Positions 57,153 through 64,000 of a DNA stretch of 64,000 nt are shown here, one piece after another. The position numbers were made by a program, and so were the translations under genes. The stretch lies in assembly GCA_963704905.1 (NCBI GenBank), contig CAVPHZ010000002.1, positions 75,011-139,010 of the forward strand, in the 5' to 3' direction. Below the pieces are notes generated by a model. It ran no database searches. It saw only the letters and a program-made list of their open reading frames with translations, and was not told the DNA's origin. Source of the stretch: Candidatus Chisholmbacteria bacterium (lineage in GTDB: Bacteria > Patescibacteriota > Microgenomatia > UBA1400 > Chisholmbacteraceae). The first letter of the stretch is position 1. Every line of letters starts with the position of its first letter.

Positions 57153-60074
57153 ATGAGATCAAAATTGCTGCACACACCAAAAACAGTTGAAGCCAATCCA
57201 GATTTTCCGAAGTTGGAACGAGAACTCTTGAATTACTGGTACAAATCAGGAGTGGTGAATGACTATCTCACTAAAAACAAATCTTCAAAGAAATGCTTCA
57301 GTTTCCTTGATGGACCAATTACTGCCAACAATCCCATGGGTGTCCACCATGCTTGGGGGAGAACCTACAAAGATCTTTGGCAACGCTTCTACAACATGCT
57401 TGGGTACAAGCAAAGATTTCAGAGCGGATTTGACGCCCAAGGATTATGGGTAGAAGTTGAGGTCGAAAAAGAGCTCGGTTTCAAAACCAAAAAGGATATT
57501 GAAAAGTACGGCGTTGCAAAATTTGTCCAAAAATGCAAAGACCGGGTGATCAAATACTCCAAAATTCAAACTGATCAATCCATCCGACTTGGGTATTTCA
57601 TGGACTGGGATCATAGTTATTTCACCATGAGTGATGAGAACAATTACATGATCTGGCACTTCATAAAAGTTTGTCACGAAAACGGCTGGCTTTATAAAGG
57701 AAAAGACTCATGTCCTTGGTGTCCCCGCTGCGAAACCGCCATCAGCCAACATGAAATGCTCACCGAAGATTATAAAGAAGTCACCCATGAGTCCATTTAT
57801 TTTGTACTCCCGATTGTAGGTAAAAAGAGAGAATTCTTACTCGTTTGGACTACAACTCCCTGGACTATTCCAGCCAATATCGCTGTAGCAGTTGACGCCA
57901 AGCTCGATTACTCCCTGGTAGAAGGAACAACGGGTGATAAATATTGGATCGCTAAAGAAGCAGTAGACCGTGTATTTGGTAAGGAGTACAAGAACATTAT
58001 AAAAACAGTAAAAGGAAGAGCAATAGTTGGTTCAAAATACACTGCACCGTTTGACCATTTACCTGCAGTGAAGAAAATCTCAGTTCACTCTAAATTTCAT
58101 ACAGTCATTGCAACGGATCCAATGATCCTGCCTGTGACCACAGATGAAGGTACGGGTTTTGTCCATACGGCTGTCAGCGCTGGAACGGAAGACTTCAGGC
58201 TCGGTCAAAAGCTTGGGCTTCCTATGGTACCAGTCATTGCTGATAATGCCGATTACCTGGGAGGCTTAGGATTTCTAACTGGTAAAAATGCCAAGAAAAA
58301 TCCTCGCTTGATACTTGATTACCTGGAAGCTGAAGATAAAAAAGATGGGGTTGACTGGGTGTTTAATATTCACAAATATAAGCATCGTTATCCAGGTTGC
58401 TGGAGATGTAAAACAGAACTCGTTTGGAAAGTCACAGATGAATGGTACATCGCCATGGACAAAGGGAGTCCGTCCCTTCGAGACAAAATGATAAACGTTG
58501 CGAAAAAGATAACTTGGCATCCTTCATTTGGATTAGATCGTGAGCTTGATTGGCTCAATAACATGCACGATTGGCTAATTAGTAAAAAGAACAGATACTG
58601 GGGATTGTGCTTGCCAATCTGGGAATGCACATCTTGCGGAACATTCGAAGTCATCGGCTCAAAAGAGGAGCTGAAAAAACGAGCTGTAGATGGATGGAAA
58701 GAATTCTCTGGAAAAAGTCCTCACAAACCATATATCGACAGAATCAAGATACAATGTAAAACCTGCGGAGTGCCTATCTCACGCGTTGAACCAGTTGGAA
58801 ATCCTTGGTTAGATGCTGGAATCGTTCCCTTCTCAACGATTTCCAAGGACAACAAGGGCAAGCCGTTCTATAAAACTGACAAGGCCCAATGGAAAAACTG
58901 GTTTCCAGCAGATTTCATCACCGAAAGCTTTCCGGGTCAGTTTAAAAATTGGTTCTACTCAATGATCGCTATGAGCTCTGTATTGGAAAATACCAACCCA
59001 TTCAAAACCGTTCTCGGGTTCGCGACTCTTCTTGGGGAAGATGGGCGGCCAATGCACAAGAGCTGGGGAAACGCAATCGAATTCAATGAAGGCGCCGATA
59101 ACATCGGAGTAGACGTCATGCGATGGATGTACGCTCGTCATGATCCGGGTCAGAATCTCCTCTTCGGAGAAAAAACAGCTAATCTAGTTAGAAGACAATT
59201 CCATCTTATGCTCTGGAACTGTTATCGATTTATCGTAAATAATCTCGACTCAGATAATACTACAAAGCCTAGCAAAAAAAGAAGTGATCATATACTCGAT
59301 CGATGGATTCTTTCAAGATTATATAGTCTTATTGATCAAGTAACCGAGGAATTAAAAAGCTATCGACCACATAAAGCAAGTGAGCAGATAGAATATTTCG
59401 TGCAAGATTTTTCAACCTGGTACATTCGACGAAGTCGAGATAGAGTGAGCCCATTTTCTACCGATCAATCAATCAAGCACGCCTTCTACAATACCGGACT
59501 TCAAGTATTAACAACCTTGTCGCAAATACTCGCCCCATTCACGCCGTACCTGGCTGATCTCATGTTCAAAAACATCACCGGGGAGCGATCCGTCCACCTT
59601 ACAAGTTGGCCAAAATCAAATGGAGATATGATCAATAAAAAGCTTGAGCATGAGATGATAAGTATTCGTGAAATCGTTGAACTTGGTCACGCGAGTCGCA
59701 AAGCGGCTGGCGTAAAGGTCCGGCAACCGCTTTCGGAGCTGAAAGTAGAAGGCGGACAAGCAAAACTGTCTCTAGATCATATTCAATTAATTAAAGACGA
59801 ATTAAATGTAAAAAACGTAATTATGAAGTATGGAAAAGATGAGCTTCGCGTGAGTCTGGATACAAAACTTACCAAAGATCTTCAGCTGGAAGGAGAGGCA
59901 AGGGAGTTCATAAGAACAATCCAAAATGAAAGAAAGAAATTAGGATTATCTGTGAAAGATAAGATTAGAATAATGTCTCCAACAATTCCCAGCGGATATG
60001 AAAAAGAAATCACAACACGAACGCTAGCAAACGTATTGGTAAAAGGCTCAAAGTTCAAAATTGAAAAAATCTAG
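57153..60074 (+). CDS. ileS: Isoleucine--tRNA ligase
   Basis: 973 aa. HIGH-region equivalent (PMGVHHAWG...), class I editing CP1 domain, KMSKS equivalent (KSWGN), and Zn-finger-like CPWCPRCETAI/CTSCG/CKTCG motifs. Confidence 0.9.
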   Translation: MRSKLLHTPKTVEANPDFPKLERELLNYWYKSGVVNDYLTKNKSSKKCFSFLDGPITANNPMGVHHAWGRTYKDLWQRFYNMLGYKQRFQSGFDAQGLWVEVEVEKELGFKTKKDIEKYGVAKFVQKCKDRVIKYSKIQTDQSIRLGYFMDWDHSYFTMSDENNYMIWHFIKVCHENGWLYKGKDSCPWCPRCETAISQHEMLTEDYKEVTHESIYFVLPIVGKKREFLLVWTTTPWTIPANIAVAVDAKLDYSLVEGTTGDKYWIAKEAVDRVFGKEYKNIIKTVKGRAIVGSKYTAPFDHLPAVKKISVHSKFHTVIATDPMILPVTTDEGTGFVHTAVSAGTEDFRLGQKLGLPMVPVIADNADYLGGLGFLTGKNAKKNPRLILDYLEAEDKKDGVDWVFNIHKYKHRYPGCWRCKTELVWKVTDEWYIAMDKGSPSLRDKMINVAKKITWHPSFGLDRELDWLNNMHDWLISKKNRYWGLCLPIWECTSCGTFEVIGSKEELKKRAVDGWKEFSGKSPHKPYIDRIKIQCKTCGVPISRVEPVGNPWLDAGIVPFSTISKDNKGKPFYKTDKAQWKNWFPADFITESFPGQFKNWFYSMIAMSSVLENTNPFKTVLGFATLLGEDGRPMHKSWGNAIEFNEGADNIGVDVMRWMYARHDPGQNLLFGEKTANLVRRQFHLMLWNCYRFIVNNLDSDNTTKPSKKRSDHILDRWILSRLYSLIDQVTEELKSYRPHKASEQIEYFVQDFSTWYIRRSRDRVSPFSTDQSIKHAFYNTGLQVLTTLSQILAPFTPYLADLMFKNITGERSVHLTSWPKSNGDMINKKLEHEMISIREIVELGHASRKAAGVKVRQPLSELKVEGGQAKLSLDHIQLIKDELNVKNVIMKYGKDELRVSLDTKLTKDLQLEGEAREFIRTIQNERKKLGLSVKDKIRIMSPTIPSGYEKEITTRTLANVLVKGSKFKIEKI

Positions 60075-60105
60075 TCTCTTCTCGCTATGATACAATGCCT
60101 CCGCA

Positions 60106-61182
60106 ATGGGTAAGCCAACAACTATAGACCTCTGGATTATCGGTCCAATCATCATACTCCAACTGTTCTCTATCATCATTCTCCGAAGTGTGATACCAGG
60201 AGAAATAGGTAAGCATCTCATTGTTTCACTTGCCGCATTAGGAGCATATGGGCTTATGTCGCAAATTGATTACAGAACCTATATACCACTCGCAAAATTT
60301 CTGTATATACTAAGCATCGTTCTACTGATTGCCACATTTGTTTTTGGTGAACCAACTAGAGGATCCACGCGCTGGATAAATGTTGGCTCGTTTACTATTC
60401 AACCTTCAGAATTCATTAAACCGCTCATGATTGTAGCACTCTCGAGCATTGCACATACTCTTGAGTTACGCAGACTAACGCATTCTCTAATCTACTTTTT
60501 GCTATTACTTCTTCCAGTGACGTTGATATTTCTCCAACCGGATTTAGGCAGTGCCATAATATTAACGGTAATAGGGGTAGCTATTGCTTTTTTTGCAGGA
60601 ACACAATACCGCGTGTTTATTTCCACTATCGCTATTTTTCTCGTTTCATTCCCGCTGATTGTAAATCTGCTCAAACCATATCAGAAAGACCGGATAGAAG
60701 TATTTCTCAATCCGTTCTCAGATCCACTTGGAAGCGGATACAGTGTAATACAGTCAATGATCGCAGTGGGTTCAGGAAAATTATTTGGTCGGGGATTGGG
60801 ACATGGAACGCAGTCGCAACTACAATTTCTCCCCGAGCGCCATAGTGACTTCATATTTGCCTCAATCGCCGAGGAATTGGGATTCATGGGTGTCATGATG
60901 GTGCTGGCAAGCTATATAGTTTTGCTCAATTACTTACTGAAAATTGCCAAAGATTCTCAAGACACCATCGGAAGTCTCATTGTAATAGGAGTGTTTTCCA
61001 TGCTCCTGTTTCAGGTCGTAATAAATATAGGCATGAATCTGGGATTACTTCCTGTTACTGGCATCACATTACCATTGATATCGTCTGGTGGAAGTTCTTT
61101 GCTTACCACTCTAATAAGCTTGGGTTTGGTTCAATCAATTTCAAGAAGAAAAAAACGGATAGAAACGATTGAAATACAATAA
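60106..61182 (+). CDS. SEDS family peptidoglycan polymerase (RodA/FtsW paralog)
   Basis: 358 aa. QPSEFIKP, LQPDLGS and PLISSGGSS SEDS motifs; it is a second copy in addition to the dcw-cluster ftsW. Confidence 0.75.
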   Translation: MGKPTTIDLWIIGPIIILQLFSIIILRSVIPGEIGKHLIVSLAALGAYGLMSQIDYRTYIPLAKFLYILSIVLLIATFVFGEPTRGSTRWINVGSFTIQPSEFIKPLMIVALSSIAHTLELRRLTHSLIYFLLLLLPVTLIFLQPDLGSAIILTVIGVAIAFFAGTQYRVFISTIAIFLVSFPLIVNLLKPYQKDRIEVFLNPFSDPLGSGYSVIQSMIAVGSGKLFGRGLGHGTQSQLQFLPERHSDFIFASIAEELGFMGVMMVLASYIVLLNYLLKIAKDSQDTIGSLIVIGVFSMLLFQVVINIGMNLGLLPVTGITLPLISSGGSSLLTTLISLGLVQSISRRKKRIETIEIQ

Positions 61183-61228
61183 CTCTGCAAGTATAATCAG
61201 CTAATTCGTAACAGGAGGAACACAAAAT

Positions 61229-61588
61229 ATGAAATATGCAGTTATTCGAACTGGATCAAAACAATACAAAGTAAAAGAAGGACAGCAGATTAGTGTGGAA
61301 AAATTGGTTGGGAAAGAAGGATCAACGATAAAATTGGAAGAGGTACTCCTAGTAGTTGATGGAGAAAATCGAAACGTAGGTTCTCCGTTAGTGAAAAATG
61401 CATTCGTTTCTGCGCAGATTCTAGCTCAAGCAAAAGGGGAAAAGATTAGAGTAGCAACCTTCAAAGCAAAATCTCGCTACCGTAGAGCAAAAGGTCATAG
61501 ACAAAAGCTCACTTTGCTTCAGATAGAAAAAATCGCTCTGAAATCTGGTCGGAAAGCTACAAAAATCCAAACTTCAAAAGCAGCGTAA
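61229..61588 (+). CDS. rplU: 50S ribosomal protein L21
   Basis: MKYAVIRTGSKQYKVKEGQ matches the bL21 N-terminus; an AGGAGGA ribosome-binding site and an upstream TATAAT are present. Confidence 0.85.
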   Translation: MKYAVIRTGSKQYKVKEGQQISVEKLVGKEGSTIKLEEVLLVVDGENRNVGSPLVKNAFVSAQILAQAKGEKIRVATFKAKSRYRRAKGHRQKLTLLQIEKIALKSGRKATKIQTSKAA

Positions 61589-61594
61589 AAAAGA

Positions 61595-62749
61595 ATGGCC
61601 AATTATCTCTTCATTTTGGGGAGGAAAGACGATCTTGCATACTATGAACTTCAAACGGTCCTATCACGACTGCTTCCAAGCGACTCGTATATAAGCAAAA
61701 AAACCAAGCACACTGCGACGGTAAACACTTCAGAAAAAATAAACCCAAATGAGCTTATAGCCCAACTTGGGGGAACTATAAAAATTGCCAAATTGGGAAA
61801 ATCTGTGTCTCAAAGTAGTCTATTAAGCCAACTGGTAAAGATATTTCGAAATGAAAGTATGGGTAAATCAAGGCTGACTTTTGGATTAAGCATCATAAAC
61901 CCACCACAGCCAGGACTCCACATTGAGCTATCAAACGAAGTCAAGTCAGCCTTAAAACAAGAATCTATTAACTCAAGGTATCTTCTCTCAAAACAATCAT
62001 CAGAGCTTTCAAGTGCTCAAGTTTCGCTGAGTCAAATGATCGAACTCTACTTGATCTTTGCAAATGGAAAGATCATGATCGCCAAAACATTAGCCATACA
62101 AGATTTTGCGAGTTTCTCAATGAGGGATTACGGTCGCCCATTCAGCGATCCAAAAGCAGGAATGCTTCCTCCAAAAGTCGCACGGATGATGATTAACATT
62201 GCCTTAACCAAGAAACAGAGAAACAATACCTGGATTTTGGATCCATTTTGTGGAACCGGAACTATTGGAATGGAAGCCTACGGTCTGGGTATAAATTGTC
62301 TAAACTCGGATGTGAATCTGAGGAAGGTAAGCGGGACAAAGCAAAACCTCAATTGGTTATCAAATCAAATAAAAACGGAAGCTAATTGGAAAGTTTTCCT
62401 TGCGGATGCAACTCAAGTGTCAAATCAAGTGAAAATTGAGGTGAATGCAATAGTAACAGAACCATATCTAGGTCCGCCAGTAATAAACGAAAACGAAATT
62501 CACAATATGGTTAAAGGGCTGAATAAGTTATATCTTGGTGCTCTTAAGAATTGGAAAAAATGTCTTATAAATAGAGGCAGAGTAGTCATGATTGTACCTG
62601 AGATAAGAGTTGGGAGAATGAGAAAAGCCGCAACCCTCGCCATTGACATGCGTGAAAACGTCGGATATACTCTGGTCGCCGGACCGCTTGAATATGATAG
62701 GCAACATTCAAGAGTGAAAAGATTAATATACGTTTTAGAAAAAAAATAA
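61595..62749 (+). CDS. Putative RNA (guanine/adenine-N) methyltransferase, THUMP-like N-domain plus class I MTase
   Basis: LDPFCGTGTIGMEA (motif I) and VTEPYLGPP (a variant of the (D/N)PPY motif IV). Inserted between rplU and rpmA. Confidence 0.5.
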   Translation: MANYLFILGRKDDLAYYELQTVLSRLLPSDSYISKKTKHTATVNTSEKINPNELIAQLGGTIKIAKLGKSVSQSSLLSQLVKIFRNESMGKSRLTFGLSIINPPQPGLHIELSNEVKSALKQESINSRYLLSKQSSELSSAQVSLSQMIELYLIFANGKIMIAKTLAIQDFASFSMRDYGRPFSDPKAGMLPPKVARMMINIALTKKQRNNTWILDPFCGTGTIGMEAYGLGINCLNSDVNLRKVSGTKQNLNWLSNQIKTEANWKVFLADATQVSNQVKIEVNAIVTEPYLGPPVINENEIHNMVKGLNKLYLGALKNWKKCLINRGRVVMIVPEIRVGRMRKAATLAIDMRENVGYTLVAGPLEYDRQHSRVKRLIYVLEKK

Positions 62750-62750
62750 C

Positions 62751-62996
62751 ATGGCAAAAACAAAACAATCAGGAAAGACAGCTCAAGGAACCACTCGTCC
62801 AGGGAAGCGGCTTGGAGTAAAAATATTTGGTGGACAACAAGTGAAACCAGGAATGATTATCGTTCGACAGCGTGGGAGTAAGTTTCACCCATCCGATGGT
62901 GTAAAAATGGGCCGAGATCACACGCTTTATGCAATTAAAGAAGGAATAGTCGAATTTAAAAAAAGACTAGGTAAACAAATAGTTGCAGTCAATTAA
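62751..62996 (+). CDS. rpmA: 50S ribosomal protein L27
   Basis: MAKTKQSGKTAQGTTRPGKRLGVKIFGGQQV...IIVRQRGSKFHP matches bL27. There is no N-terminal propeptide extension. Confidence 0.9.
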   Translation: MAKTKQSGKTAQGTTRPGKRLGVKIFGGQQVKPGMIIVRQRGSKFHPSDGVKMGRDHTLYAIKEGIVEFKKRLGKQIVAVN

Positions 62997-63003
62997 CTCA
63001 ACC

Positions 63004-63816
63004 ATGGAAAAACACGACACTCAAACAGAGTTAGAAATTGATATGCTCGAGCCCAATCCACTTCAGCCAAGAGGTGCGATAACTTCAGATTCCCTAGAAG
63101 ATTTGGTTGATTCTGTCAAAGAGCATGGCGTACTCGAGCCTCTTGTGGTTGCTCACACCCCCGCAGGTTATCAGATCATAGCTGGAGAACGACGCTGGAG
63201 AGCTGCCAAGTTAGCAGGGTTAGCCAAAGTTCCCGTAATCATCAAGGAAACGACTCCACAGGGAATGCTGGAAATGGCATTGGTTGAGAATGTCCAGCGG
63301 AGTGATCTAAACCCAATCGAAAGAGGAAAAGCCTTTCAGCGGCTTATCACCGAGTTTAATCTAACGACAGGGGAAATCTCAAAACGCATCGGAAAAAGTG
63401 CATCGTTTGTTTCAAATTCACTACGGCTTCTCAATCTCCCTGACGCCTTGAAAGATGGATTACTCACAGGGATGATTACCGAGGGACACGCACGCGCACT
63501 TGCTGCAATTCAAGATGAATCAGTTATGATAGAAGCATATAAAATTGTGCTTCGTGAATCTGGGTCAGTTCGTCGCGCAGAAGAGCTTGCACGTCGAATG
63601 AAAAAAGGGCAAAAGCGAAAACAAACGGACGACTCTTTGATTATCAATGAGAAGATTGATCAAATGCAAGAACAGATGACCAAATCACTCGGGGATCGCT
63701 CAAAAGTATTCCTAAAAAGATCAAGAGTCGAGACAAAACTGTCATTTTCATTGAAAGGTTCACCCGAAGAAACAGAAGATACTCTCCAAAAGATCTATAC
63801 TGCAATCGTTTCTTAA
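63004..63816 (+). CDS. parB: ParB/Spo0J-like partition or nucleoid-occlusion family protein
   Basis: ParB box II GERRWRAAKLAG and the HTH region (ISKRIGKSASFVSNSLRLL). The start was chosen at ATG 63004 just after the rpmA stop; the track gives 62983. Confidence 0.7.
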   Translation: MEKHDTQTELEIDMLEPNPLQPRGAITSDSLEDLVDSVKEHGVLEPLVVAHTPAGYQIIAGERRWRAAKLAGLAKVPVIIKETTPQGMLEMALVENVQRSDLNPIERGKAFQRLITEFNLTTGEISKRIGKSASFVSNSLRLLNLPDALKDGLLTGMITEGHARALAAIQDESVMIEAYKIVLRESGSVRRAEELARRMKKGQKRKQTDDSLIINEKIDQMQEQMTKSLGDRSKVFLKRSRVETKLSFSLKGSPEETEDTLQKIYTAIVS

Positions 63817-63827
63817 GTCCTTGATTT

Positions 63828-64000
63828 TCAATTATTTTGAGTTGAATATTGAGCTTCAGCTATAAAGCCTGCACGCTGAGGGGGCCAGTAACGTATCCAA
63901 GCTCTACCAACAATGCTTTCCTTTGTAGTAGGTCCCCATGCCCGTGAATCACTTGAGTGAGATCGATTATCACCCAACACGAAGTACTCATCCGATTTGA
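63828..64000 (-). CDS. lepB: Signal peptidase I (LepB), 3' end only; the gene continues beyond the window
   Basis: The reverse strand encodes ..SDEYFVLGDNRSHSSDSRAWGPTTKESIVGRAWIRYWPP..*, the conserved SPase I box D/E region. Confidence 0.65.
   Translation of the reverse strand, partial: KSDEYFVLGDNRSHSSDSRAWGPTTKESIVGRAWIRYWPPQRAGFIAEAQYSTQNN

Noticed and set aside
139-62768. Numerous 60-130-aa ORFs antisense to or nested within long conserved genes (e.g. 139-510 minus strand, 2189-2395, 7765-8028 minus strand, 45354-45626 minus strand, 57444-57677 minus strand)
   Set aside because: They overlap genes with strong homology on the other strand or frame, have low-complexity composition, and lack ribosome-binding sites, so they were treated as spurious.
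1-64000. tRNA, rRNA, CRISPR arrays, transposases or integrases
   Set aside because: Scanning for T-loop GTTCRANYC contexts, for regular direct-repeat arrays, and for DDE or tyrosine-recombinase-like ORFs found nothing convincing.

Overview
This window reads as a contiguous piece of an AT-rich, small-gene bacterial chromosome. Most genes are on the + strand and many are translationally coupled through ATGA stop/start overlaps. The gene content and organisation fit a reduced-genome lineage such as CPR/Patescibacteria, but taxonomy cannot be established from sequence alone.

Positions 1-30.7 kb hold a very large cell-surface glycan or protein-glycosylation island:
- Sugar-nucleotide enzymes: a 5'-truncated UDP-GlcNAc 2-epimerase, a UDP-xylose synthase, a short UDP-sugar-dehydrogenase-like protein, and mannose-1-P guanylyltransferase.
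- Transferases: six GT4 and four or five GT2 glycosyltransferases, four GT-C (PMT/ArnT-like) membrane glycosyltransferases, a hexapeptide acetyltransferase and a SAM methyltransferase.
- Membrane components: a DUF2142-like membrane protein, an O-antigen-ligase-like protein, two Wzx-type flippases, a WbaP-type priming sugar-phosphate transferase and a DUF4012 protein.

Positions 30.7-33.4 kb hold a short recO, a glycine-tRNA ligase broken by two frameshifts, and a frameshifted hypothetical gene.

Positions 33.5-56.4 kb hold an extended dcw/peptidoglycan supercluster in this order:
- a promoter with MraZ-box repeats;
- mraZ and rsmH, both heavily decayed pseudogenes;
- ftsL, ftsI (one homopolymer frameshift) and murE;
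- two GlmU-like nucleotidyltransferases and pgeF;
- murC, murB, murA;
- a glmS ribozyme (listed as a 78-aa ORF in the supplied track) and glmS;
- dgkA, mraY, murI, murD;
- ftsW (frameshift) and murG (C-terminal frameshift);
- ftsQ, ftsA, ftsZ.

murF and ddl are absent from the cluster. The remainder holds an opposite-strand kinase-like gene flanked by 12-bp direct repeats, ileS, a second SEDS protein, rplU, an RNA methyltransferase inserted before rpmA, a ParB-like protein and the 3' end of lepB on the minus strand. I found no tRNA, rRNA, CRISPR array or recognisable transposase.
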